Below are positions 12,391-24,886 of a stretch of 64,000 nucleotides of DNA, in pieces. Within the stretch, counting starts at the first letter, position 1. The number at the start of each line of letters is the position of its first letter. The position numbers and the translations under genes were made by a program. A model generated the notes under the pieces. That model was given only the letters and a program-made list of their open reading frames with translations, was not told the origin of the DNA and did not search any database. Source of the stretch: Octopus sinensis (taxonomy: Eukaryota); the NCBI RefSeq assembly GCF_006345805.1, contig NC_043002.1, forward strand, positions 53,630,001-53,694,000, read 5' to 3'.

Positions 12391-12802
12391 TTTTATGTAT
12401 ATTCTTATATAAGAATATGTGAGTGATGCTTATCAGGTTCTTTCAAGCTTATATGTAAGTTCATTCTGCAAAAATAGAATTTACGTATGCGCATACTTGA
12501 ATAAGTAGTTGTGTACGTGTTTGCATACATGCGTGCATCTGTCCGTGTGTATGTGCCTATATGTGTGAGTGTGACTGTTCGTGTGTATGAGGGCATGTTA
12601 TTCCCTCTTTCCTAGCCTCTAATACTGCTCTACTAATGGAGCACAACTATTTACTCTAGATATTTGTTTAAATATTGAAATAATATAAATACTAATTGCA
12701 CGGGCATACACAAATACATATGTATCCTCACAAGCATATATGAAGAAAATTTATTCCACCATGACTGTACCCTTAAGGCTGAAAAATGTAAAAGAATAAC
12801 AG

Positions 12803-12854
<52 letters not shown>

Positions 12855-12865
12855 ACACACACACA

Positions 12866-12916
<51 letters not shown>

Positions 12917-12981
12917 CGTACAAGCACACACTTGTCCCATTCATTAGACTGCAGGCATACTAGGGCAATTCCTTGAAGAAT

Positions 12982-13385
<404 letters not shown>

Positions 13386-13750
13386 TCACCGTGGTTTCTC
13401 TTATACAAAACCACGTTTAGCCACAACATGCGCACGCACGCACACACGTGCGCACGCTCACACACGCGCACGCACACACATACATACACAACTATATGGA
13501 CTAAAACACTTTTTCTATACAAAAGACTGTAAGTAACGTATGATTATTTTTCATTTGTGTTAAATATGTCAAACCTACATAATAAATACACCAATATATT
13601 TTCAGTTAAACTACAATACGATAACATTTATCATGTGAAAAGAGTTTTATATTATTATTTTGACACATATAAATACATAGAATAAAACTATTTTCTCCTT
13701 ATGTCAAAGTAGATAAAGTTCTTGTAATTAAACGATATCATACATTTCTA

Positions 13751-15023
13751 TTAGGTTGTTCTGAACATAATTGCCACTCTAAGAATTGTGTTTTGAAACG
13801 CAATTTTATCATAGTATTTTGATTATATTTTAATTAAATTTTGACATACTTAATAATTGATGTATGGTCATTAATAATTTTCTTCTTATTTCAGACAGAA
13901 AACATTCTTGAAGTATAGGCATCGTTAATTATGAACATGACAGAAAGGACCTTCGCTTACTTTTATTGCATGAGTTCAAGCTTGTGCACAATGCCTCCCA
14001 AACTGCTGCCAATATCAATAGGCCATAGGGAGACGAATCCACAAGTGATCGCACAGTACGAAAGTGGTCTCAAAAATTCCGTAGTGGTAATGAGAGCCTT
14101 GAAGATGAAGACGGTAGAGGATGGTCATGCAATCTTGACAATGAACAATTGAAAGTAATTGTTAATAAAACTCACGCCAAAGTGTCAGAGAAATGTCTCA
14201 GACACTTGGTGTCAGTATTGCAATGGTCTCATGCAATCTGCAGAAGATTGGTAAGGTGTTAAAGCTAGATAAATGGGTACTGTATGAGCTCAATGAAAAT
14301 CAAAATGTTCGGTGTTTTGAAGTGTACTCGATGCGCATTCTGCAAAACACCAATGATCCGTTTCTTGACCCCAATGTCACTTGTGACGAAAAGTGGATCC
14401 TTTATGATAACCGTAAATGATCAGGTCAATGAGTCACCCAAACATTTCCCAAAACCAAAGTTGCATCAGCAAAAGATTATGGTGAATGTCTGGTGGTCTG
14501 CAATCGGTGTTGTTCATTACAGATTTCTGGAAGCCAATCAGAGCAATACAGCAGAAATTTATTGCAATTAACTCGTTGAAATGCATGCTCACTTGCAAAA
14601 ATTGAGACCTGCATTGGTGAGTCGGCGTGGTCCAATTCTCTTGCCACGATAATGCGAAGCTACATGTTCCAAGAATGACGCTGCAGAATCTCATAAGCTT
14701 CGGACACGAGACTTTACCACATCCACCATATTATCCTGATCTTTCATCCACACCAACTGACAAGCATTTTTTAAGCATTTAAATATGTTTTTAAGTGATG
14801 AAACTCTCAGGTCTAAACCTTAGGTGGAATCAGCTTTCAAAGATTTCTTAGCATCAAAGGCAATAAATTTTTATCAATGAGGCATAAATAATCTCGTTGA
14901 TTGATGGCAGAAATGCATAGACTGTTCAGGGCTCATTCTTCGACTAATCAAAACATTTGTATGTTTAATTTTTCTAGAATAAAATTGTTTCTGAAATCGA
15001 CCATTATTTTCGGAACAACCTAG
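13751..15023 (+). mobile_element. Full-length decayed mariner transposon
   Basis: TA|TTAGGTTGTTCTGAACATAAT left TIR; ATTATTTTCGGAACAACCTAG right TIR. Fragments LDKWVLYEL, VTCDEKWILYDN, KIMVNVWW, HPPYYPDL with several stops and frameshifts. Confidence 0.92.
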
Positions 15024-15077
15024 CATAAACATTTGACCCATTTTCGAACATTTCTTAATATTTCCCATATATAAAGA

Positions 15078-15153
<76 letters not shown>

Positions 15154-15410
15154 TTTAACAATTAAGGATAATCTCTTAATAAGGGATCTTAACAAGAAAT
15201 TATCGGGTAGCTAGCGTGAAAACCTCATAAAAGAAAAGAATTCGAAAATAACTTTTTTCTTTTGAACAAATTAATTATATCTATATTGTATAGAGGGCAT
15301 TATTACACATAAATGCCTCACACTAGGAGGGACAAAGTCATTACTACCAAAATTATACTAATCATACCCAAATGCAGTTTTTCAAAGCAAGACATTTAAA
15401 AAATGAATTT

Positions 15411-15468
15411 AGTTCTGTATCACCGTGATTTCACATTCAACTTACGTCTAATGATCATCAGCAGAACT
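15411..15468 (-). ncRNA. Type I hammerhead ribozyme motif
   Basis: Mirror copy of 16005-16062. Confidence 0.8.
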
Positions 15469-16004
15469 GATTCTGAACACATCATAAATAAACTACCAAC
15501 CTTACGTAGCGAAGACGAACAGACAACTGCTCACTCCGGCCAAGCACATGGAATGTTTATAAATCATATATCCGGTAAATGGCGGGCTTTTTACGAACTG
15601 CATGTCGGGTAATGAAAAGTATTTCGGAATAAGTTTAACAATTAAGGATAATCTCTTAATAAGGGATCTTAACAAGAAATTATCGGGTAGCTAGCGTGAA
15701 AATCTCATAAAAGAAAAGAATTCGAAAATAATTTTTTTCTTTTGAACAAATTAATTATATCTATATTGTATAGAGGGCATTATTACACATAAATGCCTCA
15801 CACTAGGAGGGACAAAGTCATTACTACCAAATTGTTAAACTTATTCCAAAATACTTTTCATTACCCGACATGCAGTTCGTAAAAAGCCCGCCATTTACCG
15901 GATATATGATTTATAAACATTCCATGTGCTTGGCCGGAGTGAGCAGTTGTCTGTTCGTCTTCGCTACGTAAGGTTGGTAGTTTATTTATGATGTGTTCAG
16001 AATC

Positions 16005-16062
16005 AGTTCTGCTGATGATCATTAGACGTAAGTTGAATGTGAAATCACGGTGATACAGAACT
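16005..16062 (+). ncRNA. Type I hammerhead ribozyme motif
   Basis: AGUUCUG-CUGAUGA-U-CAUU-A-GAC-GUAA-GUU-G-AAUG-U-GAAA-UCACGGUGA-UA-CAGAACU. Helix I 7 bp, helix II with GNRA loop, palindromic helix III, predicted cleavage after A16055. Confidence 0.82.
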
Positions 16063-16186
16063 AAATTCATTTTTTAAATGTCTTGCTTTGAAAAACTGCA
16101 TTTGGGTATGATTAGTATAATTTTGGTAGTAATGACTTTGTCCCTCCTAGTGTGAGGCATTTATGTGTAAAAATGCCCTCTATACA

Positions 16187-16219
<33 letters not shown>

Positions 16220-16300
16220 CGAGTATTTTAGAAATTTCACTACCAATGGCCTAGCATGTATAAAAAGTCAATAGACAACATAGTCTATAATAGACAACAT

Positions 16301-16812
16301 AAAATAATGTACATTTAAACACAAAAGAAAACTGCCTTCGACAGGCAGTTTTTACACGCTAGAAGAATCAGTCAAAACGACCAAAACCACATTCAAGAGC
16401 AATCTTCAAAAGGAATGAAAAATAGAAACTTTTACCTTGTTATTTTATTCCGGTAAGATCTAGCTTTGTAAATTTTTTAGAAAATGAAATAATTTGCTAG
16501 GCGGATTTTTCATAAGTGACCGTGCGATAACACTAACATATAATTAAGAGACGATTAACACGTGTCTCTTCGTTGTACATTATAATTTTTCAAATTCACC
16601 GCTCAAATACATTTTCATCCGGCAGTAAATGAATAACTACCGAAATAATCAAGGTCTGAGCGGATTAAAATAACAAGGTAAAAGTTTTTATTTTTCATTC
16701 CTTTTGAAGATTGCGCTTAAATGTGGTTTTGGTCGTTTTGACTGCTTCTTCTAGCGTGTAAAACCTGCCTGTCGAAGGCAGTTTTTTCTTGTGTTTAAAC
16801 GTACACTATTTT
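16301..16812. mobile_element. MITE/foldback element with ~152-bp terminal inverted repeats
   Basis: 16301-16452 matches the reverse complement of 16661-16812 (e.g. 'ctgccttcgacaggcag..ttttacacgctagaagaa.cagtcaaaacgaccaaaaccacatt'); TA at both ends; no ORF. Confidence 0.85.
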
Positions 16813-17049
16813 ATATATATATAAGGAGACTTGAGCAGCCAGAAATAAAGTGCCTTATCCAAGGACGAAACACGTCTCACACATACACGTGCATACACAT
16901 ACCCATGCACATATCAAAGCATATATATACATACACACACACACACACACAGACATGCGTATGTTTGTATACACTAATGATATATGAAACGCGAAGATTA
17001 GTATAATTATGACTTCGCAGTATGAGGTATGTTTTAATAACTTAATGTT

Positions 17050-17215
17050 TACTCATGACATGCTGAGTCAATGTCGGCTACCCGTCCCAGTATATAAGCT
17101 GTTCGGCAAAAGAGCCCGGTTGAATAAGTATCAAACCAAAAAATATATACTAAGGTCGATTTCTTTAACTAAACCCTTCAAAAATTGGGCCCCGGTTGAA
17201 ATAAGAAAAATCTAG
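17050..17215 (+). mobile_element. SINE family C 3' part
   Basis: 'gttcggcaaaagag...aataagta...ggtcgattt'. Confidence 0.6.
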
Positions 17216-17261
17216 GAATGACGTCATCTTTATTTTGTAGTAAACCGTGATTTATTTTGTC

Positions 17262-17470
17262 GTTGATTTGGTTTCAAATTTTGAAATACGGCCAGCAATT
17301 TCAGGAGAGGCATTAAGGTGATACGTCGAGCCCGGTGTTTTACATGTACTTATTTTATCGACCTCGAAAAGATAAAAGGCGAAGTCGACCTGGCAGAATT
17401 TGAACTCAGGGCGCGATGGTGGTTGAAATGTTGCTAAGCATTTTGTCATGCGTGCTAACGATTCAGATGA
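17262..17470 (-). mobile_element. SINE family A
   Basis: 'ttggtttcaaattttg...gaagtcgacctggcagaatttgaactcag'. Confidence 0.75.
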
Positions 17471-17662
17471 GTGCTAAATATTAGAAGAACATTTTAAACT
17501 TCTCAGTTACACTCAATATGATAAGTGCGTGTGTGGTGGGAGGAGGCTATCTGTGTGTAGTAAAAGCGATATTTGCGCACAAATATATCTCGAATTATAT
17601 ATTTGTATATATGGGTGGATGGATGCATATATGTATATGTACACACATACACACACACACAC

Positions 17663-17717
<55 letters not shown>

Positions 17718-18607
17718 CACTGTCCGATGGATAAATTGTCGCCATCTTGTATTTAATATCGCGCATGCGCATTGTTTGTTTTTGATTTTGTCGACTACAC
17801 AATATACTGGGGTCAGCTGGGCACCGTCTGTATGAAAAACAGCACCATGGCGCAGTTTACTCAACCGGAAATTTGGTAACAACATACTGTGCTGCTTGGC
17901 ATTCGCGCCGGAATCTCCAATCTCCAATACGAACATTTTAGAGTGTTTGGGTATCAATCTGAGGACAATGCAATCTGAGGACATGTACCGAGAGTGATAA
18001 AAATCAAACATTCAGTCAACATCTTGGTGTTTACAGTGATCACTAGTGATGGACACGTTATGCCTCCATTCATCTTCCCAGACGGCCTCAGAATCAACAT
18101 GGAGGCCTACATCAAGAGCTTGGAGGAGGTAGTGCTGCCGTGAGTGAAGAAGGTGGTTACTGGAAGACCCTATGTCTGGTAACAGGACTCTGCACCATGC
18201 TGCACTAGTAAGAGAATCAGTCATGGGAGACAACTGCTGCGACAACATCACTCCTAACATATAGCCACCTAACTCCTCAGACTGCAATCTCCGTTGATTA
18301 TTATATATGTTGGGCGCAGTTGAGTGAGAAACCAGCAAAACCGGTTGTAGCATCAAAGATGAAATGAAGGTAAGGATTATGGCAGCATTCAACACCTTAT
18401 CAAGGAGAGCATCCAGAAGAGTTGCAGAGGTTTCCGAAGTCGTGTGGAGGCCGTGGTTGAAGCCAATAGCGATTTTATTGAATAAATTTACACATAAGTA
18501 TTTCAAGTTATTTTATGCAATTATGGTAAATATATCTGTTAAAATGAGATGACAATGTTATTTTCACTTTTGTGTAATTTAGACGACAGTTTATTCGCCG
18601 CACCCTG
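17718..18607 (+). mobile_element. Internally deleted DD37D (maT-like) Tc1/mariner transposon
   Basis: N-terminus MAQFTQPEIW..HTVLLGIRAG joined at ~17975 to KHSVNILVFTVITSDGHVMPPFIFPDGLRIN, QDSAPC, PPNSSDCN, FRSRVEAVVEANSDFIE*. Right TIR '...tttattcgccgcaccctg|TA'. Confidence 0.85.
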
Positions 18608-18627
18608 TATGCATGCATGTATGTAGG

Positions 18628-18671
<44 letters not shown>

Positions 18672-18679
18672 ATATATAT

Positions 18680-18792
<113 letters not shown>

Positions 18793-18812
18793 ATATTATA
18801 TATATATATATT

Positions 18813-18870
<58 letters not shown>

Positions 18871-18874
<4 letters not shown>

Positions 18875-19905
18875 AATAAAATAGATATATGCATATATAT
18901 AACATATATGTACGTACCTACCTCTACATGTACATATACACGCATATATGTGTACAGGACACCAAAAAGACGTCGAACACATAGAGAGACGAAACACATA
19001 GACACAAACCAAGGAACAAGACAAGCAAAAAAAAGGAGAGATACAGGACAATAAGCACAACGAAAAATCCCCTTCTTCAGTCGCTAAGATTTCATCTACT
19101 AAACGTTTCGAAGGATAAAAGCGAGACGTATACTTCGAAGAAAAATTCCTTCCCGCGAAAAGCAAATCAATTAAAATTCTGAGATCTTTTCGCAGAGGGG
19201 TAAAAAAAGCAAGACGGTAACGACAGTACAAACATATAAACAGTAAAAATATATATATAAACAGTGGAAAAATAAATATATAACAGTGAGAGACAGGACA
19301 AGGAGAACAAGATAAGAAGGGCTGTTAACACCAGACGAAAAAAGTATTGCAAACGCTGGATTATCGTGGAAGACGAGAGAGGAAAATTTGTCGACCAGAA
19401 GCCTTACAAGGCGGGCGAGAAAAGACAGGATAGCAGTTACGACGGAAGTATCGTCGCAGATGGATGACGGGAATGGGGGAGGAGGAGCAAGAGGAAGAGA
19501 GAGAAGAAGGGGAATGGTGCGAGGAGACCATGAAGAATGGTGAAAGGGAGAGAGAGAATGAAGAATGAGAGAGAGAGGAAGAGACAAGTTAAGTGAGGGA
19601 AAAAAAGACGAAAAAGGGAATGGGAGAGAAAGAAAGAAAGATGCAGAGTCGCGTGAGAGTTAATATCAAGGCTAACTTGATAAACAGAACAATCTTACTT
19701 AGTAGGGTGCGTGCGTTTAGTCGTATAATATGTTAATAAAATAGAATATATGCATATATATAAACATATATGTACGTACCTACCTCTACATGTACATATA
19801 CACGCATATATGTGTACAGGACACCAAAAAGACGTCGAACACATAGAGAGACGAAACACATAGACACAAACCAAGGAACAAGACAAGCAAAAAAAAGGAG
19901 AGATA
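18871..19905. mobile_element. Non-coding element bounded by ~175-bp direct repeats (pLTR-like, 860-bp period)
   Basis: 18871-19043 nearly identical to 19731-19905; same family as the 9146-9638 repeat. Confidence 0.75.
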
Positions 19906-20169
19906 TATATATATGCATAGTGAAAGGAACTCCTCACCTCAATTATATTGTAATTGATAGCGGAACTTCAGTCAATAATTACAATATATAATTAGAATGA
20001 TTTAATTAATTTTCTTCCCATTGCTATAGTGTTAGATGAAACCGAAAAACAGCAAGAAATAAACGAACAAGATATTTCCTAGAAAATTGAAACAAGTCTG
20101 TTATTCTCTTAATCCGAAAACTTCCTTTGAGTAGATTCTAAAAAGAGAAATCAAAAGTAGGCTACAAAT

Positions 20170-20560
20170 GATTCCTATCTGCTATACTATAACTGCCTAA
20201 AGCAGCTTCCAATTTTTTCGTGATTTAATCAGTCCGGTGAGCTTTTGATCCGGTGTCAAAAGACATGGCACCCCCGAGCAAAACCTTCGCTAAGCCAAGT
20301 TCATAGTGCAAAATATTCTCAATTGTTTCATAAATGATGCTAATAGAATTGGCTATTTGATTTATAGTCATTGACCTATCATCCACACGATTAATGTTTT
20401 CCTCGGTGTCGGTGGCGGCAGTTGCAGAACAGTCAGAAATTGGGTCATCTTGGAAACCCTCCCTTCCGCTCCTAAATTCAGCTGCCTACTTTTGCACGGT
20501 TGATAAAGCTGGAGCGTTGCCCCCTAATGTTTGAAATATGTATGCATGAATGTCCTTGGG
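20170..20560 (-). mobile_element. Mariner transposase N-terminal fragment
   Basis: GGNAPALSTVQK*AAEFRSGREGFQDDP...MTINQIANSISI..ETIENILHYELGLAKV..LLTPDQK. Confidence 0.8.
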
Positions 20561-20689
20561 GAGGGGGTGGGTGCTAAACCTTTTTTCTGCAGGTAATTGA
20601 TAAGTTTGCCCATTTTGTAGAGAAGTCACTATTAGCTACTTTTAAAGTTATTCCTTGAAGAGTTAGATGTCAGTTTACCTGGAGATTTC

Positions 20690-20800
20690 CCTTTCATCTT
20701 TTCGGGGTCGATAAAATAATTATCAATTGAACACTGCAATTGATGTGATGGACTTACCATCTTACCTGAAATTGATGACCTTGCGCCAAAATGTCTGTGT
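20690..20800 (+). mobile_element. SINE family A fragment
   Basis: 'ctttcatcttttcggggtcgataaaataa...gatgtgatggactt'. Confidence 0.6.
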
Positions 20801-22267
20801 AAATATTTATGCTTAATGAAATTTATTTGTTTACAAATAAAATATTTTTAGTAACAAACCTTTATTTTTCATTAACACATTTAGTAGAATGAATAAATTT
20901 CAATTATATCCTCTTTTCTATTTAATCATATTTAAGTCTCACTTACTGTAATTCTTTCAGATTTTGTCATCCTTTGTCTATCTCCCTCTCAGTTAATTAG
21001 TTCTTTTTCTTGTGTTTCCATTCATTCTTGTAGACTGTTGTTTTCTGCATCAACACACACTCATACACACACACAAGCATTTCCTCGCCTCAAGACCACT
21101 CCACCCCACCTTCACCCCTAAACAGCTAATTGTCAGAGTCGTTAGAATCTCAGAAAGAATTAATTGTTCCGACAGTTCGCCTTCTGGATTCAAATACCTC
21201 CATACCTAAACTCGGTGGTAGTGTTAACTCTCGCTTGATTTAAATTTTAACATCATTACTTGGCACCTTGGTTGCCTTTAGCCTGGTCTAGTCTGTTGCA
21301 ATGATTTGAACCAGCAGTTTTGCATTCCATTCTTTGCAAAGTTATTTTAATGGAATTGGCCAACAATATCGAATGTGTAAAGATATTGTTCCTGTAACTT
21401 AGGGTCAAATCATTTTAAATTGAGCAGACCAATGACAAAAGGCTTTCCAGGCACGACCATTCCGTACATTTATATATTACGATAGCATAGTATAATGGCA
21501 TTTTATCCCAAGACGGAAAGATGTTATTTGAGACACATTCACGGGTAATTCTAGGAGAAACCATATTATTGGATCCACTGTATAGCTATCAGTTTGAAAG
21601 TTTGTTTCCCCAAAATATTTGATAATCACGTAAAATTTGAGCATAATTTAATTAGAAATCCTAAAGACAATATGCAGGAAAATTATAAAAATAATATTTT
21701 TTTACATCTTCATGTGCTAAATCACAAAACATTTATACCTTCCCATGTAATCTTTTTTTTTTTGATGTTCTAGGATAAATCAACAATAGTAATAATAGGA
21801 ATGTGACACTACAAAACCATTTCTTGACTTAATCCGTCGCCGGCCTGAATACCACTGCGTTTAGCAGAATAGAGAACGCTAGGCTGCAAGTATTCGAGGT
21901 CGAGTATCTGGGCTGAGAGAAACTTTTTGCATTGCTCCTATCTGAAAAAGAATGTGCTTCGGTACTTCAGTAGCAAGTTAAACACGTGTACATACATACA
22001 TACATACATACATACATACATACATACATACATACATACATACATACATAACTACATGCAAGCATGCATACATACCTACATACCTACATACATACATACA
22101 TACATACATACTACATACATACATACATACATGCATACATGCATGCATGCATACATACATACATACATACATACATACATACATACATACATACATACAT
22201 ACATACATACATGCATACATACATACATACATACATACATACATACATACATACATACATACATACC

Positions 22268-22715
22268 TATGCGGCATGATGTTGTTGCTAAAACAATTTA
22301 CAATGCCATCCACAAAAAAGATTGTCCTGAAATAATCTTAGAAAATCCTTCTGTTACGGAATACATTCATAAACACCAACTCAAAGATGGAATATTCCCA
22401 TCAAAACCTCTCTTAAATGTAAGCATAACAGCCTGGATATTGTTGTTTGAGACAGAGGAGCAAAGGTATATACCATCATAGAGGTCAGCTGCCCTGCAGA
22501 TACAAATATCTCTTTGAAAATTCAAGAAAAAGATGATATCTATGGACAACTACTTCGAAATCTCCAATATTAATTGGAGAAATAGGTTTCGTTAGTAAAT
22601 GCTTAAAGGAGAATCTGGATAAACTGGGATTTTCAGAAAGAGAAATCGACCGGCTAATTCGTACATTACAAGTGCAATCTGTGAGTGGAACATTAAAAAT
22701 ATTCAAGTTCTAAAT
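22268..22715 (+). mobile_element. RLE-class non-LTR retrotransposon 3' fragment
   Basis: RHDVVAKTIYNAI; CKHNSLDIVV*DRGAKVYTIIEVSCPADTNISLKIQEKDDIYGQLLRNLQ (PD..(D/E)xK nuclease region); LGFSEREIDRLIRTLQ. Confidence 0.8.
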
Positions 22716-22826
22716 GTGAATTTGTCTGTGTTAACTACATCCCAAACATCGAGCATTGTATCTTTGTTGGAAACCGGCTCCCTCCTCAGAGAAAGATTTA
22801 TGTGATTAAAAAATAGAAGAAACATA

Positions 22827-24134
22827 CAATTGAGGTGAAGTAAAAAATTATCGGCACATTCGCCATAACACATATTTATTTTTGTCACACTGCCTTCTGC
22901 ACATGCGTGCTTATTGTTGGTACTATTTTTGTCACGTGATCGAAGTTTCAGCTTGATTGCGCCATTTCTCTATCTGGCTTTACAGTGTAAGCATGGCCAC
23001 TCTACCAGCAATATGCATCAAAGAAGAACACGGAGCAGTGATCCGATTTCTCTGATCGGGAGGTGTGTCAGGTGCTGAAATTCATCGAAGGCTTTTAGCA
23101 CAATACGCGGACAGTGCACTACAGCGTAGAAGTGTGTATGAGTGGATCGAGAAGTTTAAATGTGACCGGAAGCACGTAACGCATGACGAAAGAGCAGGAC
23201 GTCCGTCAAACTCCAACATTAACGAGAAGATTTTGCAAGCTCGAGAGATGGCAATGGTGAAATAGCGAGTTATCATCAATGAGGTAGCTCTTTCTCTGCA
23301 GATCAGTAATAGTTTTGCCTATCGAATCATCCACGATGGGCTCAGATTCTTTAAAATCTGTGCAAGATGGGTAGCAAGAGTGCTTACTGCAGAGCACGAG
23401 AACAAACGTCTTGAAGTCTGCCAACGTTTACCCAATCGCTACAACAATGAAAGCGCGGAATGTTTGAGCAGATAAGTCACAAGAGATGAAACGTGGATCT
23501 ATCATTATGAGGCAGAAGCCAAAAGACAGTATGGAGTGGTAAAATTCTGGCAGCGACGAAGAAATTCAAGACTCAGTTTTCTGCGGTAAAGATGACGCTA
23601 ATCATATTTTGTGACTCAAAATGGCCTATACTGAAAGACTACCTGGAAAAGGGTTCTACGTTCAACAATGCAAGATGCAGCGCTTTGCTGGCCAACAAAC
23701 TGAAGCCAGCAATTTGCACGAAATGCCGAAGCGTATTTATTATCGAAGAAAGTTCTGTTGTTGCCTGACAATGCGCGTCTACACTTGGCTACCCAGACCG
23801 TTAGAACCATTAAGTAAGTGGGTTTGAGATGCTGGAACATCTGCCTGCAGCCTAGATCTCGCCCATTTCGACTATCATGTCTTTGGACCTCTCAAAGATG
23901 GTTTACGAGGTCGTCGTTTTACTATGGACGAAAATGTGAAAGAAGCACTGCATAAATGGTTGCACGACCAACCGAAAACTTTCTTAGACGGAATACGCCA
24001 GGTTGTGGACCGCTGGGCCCAGTGCTCAGAAAAGGAAGGAGACTATATAGAAAAATGACGTACTTGTTTAGCCTCTGCTTTTGTGTAAATACATTGAAAA
24101 AACAAGAGTGCGTATAATATTTAATTCACCCTTG
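22827..24134 (+). mobile_element. Full-length decayed mariner (irritans-like)
   Basis: MATL..IKEEHGAVIRFL, SVYEWIEKFK, ICARWV, VTRDETWIYHY, DNARLH, FDYHVFGPLKDGLRGRRF. Right TIR 'gtgcgtataatatttaattcacccttg|TA' with a degenerate left match at ~22827-22857. Confidence 0.9.
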
Positions 24135-24651
24135 TACATACATACATACATTCATGCATACAAACACACACACACACATACACATATATATGAACACACT
24201 TGTGTTATGTATGGAGGAGGTTCAAATTGTGTACAGGAGTACAGCAGAGAAACATACTGAATAACAAGAAAAACACTCCTAGTAGACGTGGACGTGATGG
24301 CTCTCTCATTAGATACCGACGAAATATCACCAGAATTACGAAATCTTCGATAATATTGTACAATTCGGCAGTGTCAGCAACATAAGAATATGAAAGACGG
24401 ACACGAAGAGAAACAATGAGACAAGAGGACTAGTTAAGGTCTCTAAACCGAGCGGTGTATAAAGACGCCATGAAGAGAACGTGAAAATTATGTACAACGA
24501 AGAAATATATAGGCAAGGACAGTGAGAAAATCGTAAACAAAAAATTTCTTGCGACTATGAGTCAAGAATGACTGTGTTGTGCGATGCAATGCCAAAACCG
24601 GAAAGACGGTTTTTCTTTCAGGATTAAAAAATACATAAAAAAGGAGATATA

Positions 24652-24886
24652 TATTTCTTTACTACCCACAAGAGGCTAAACACAGAGGGGACAAACAAGG
24701 ACAGACAAAAGGATTAAGTCGATTACATCGACTTCAGTGAGTAACTGGTACTTAATTTATCGACCCCGAAAGAATGAAAGGCAAAGTCGACCTCGGCGGA
24801 ATTTGAACTCGGAACGTAACGACAGACGAAATACGGCTACGCATTTCGCCCGGCGTGCTAATGTTTCTGCCAGCTCGTCGCCTTAT
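24652..24886 (-). mobile_element. SINE family A, well preserved
   Basis: 'aagtcgattacatcgac...ggcaaagtcgacctcggcggaatttgaactc...tgccagctcgtcgcctta'. Confidence 0.9.

Larger units (their letters stand above)
15151..16191. repeat. 480-bp hammerhead-containing unit: 1.4 tandem copies plus 362-bp inverted copy
   Basis: Unit 1 15151-15630; partial unit 2 15631-15831; 15282-15643 is the reverse complement of 15830-16191 (two substitutions seen by eye); identical 69-aa ORFs on opposite strands. Confidence 0.95.

Noticed and set aside
15403-16070. Identical 69-aa ORFs on opposite strands
   Set aside because: A by-product of the inverted duplication; no recognisable domain, and it runs antisense to the hammerhead.
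19060-19120. Minus-strand GAAAC...CUGAAGA (also at 9410-9460) as a type II hammerhead
   Set aside because: Helix I cannot be formed consistently in either copy.
21830-21941. Strong minus-strand acceptor with protein-like frame EQCKKFLSAQILDLEYLQP
   Set aside because: No convincing donor and no recognisable homology.
24310-24360. CCGACGA...GAAA hammerhead-like string
   Set aside because: Helices I and II do not pair.
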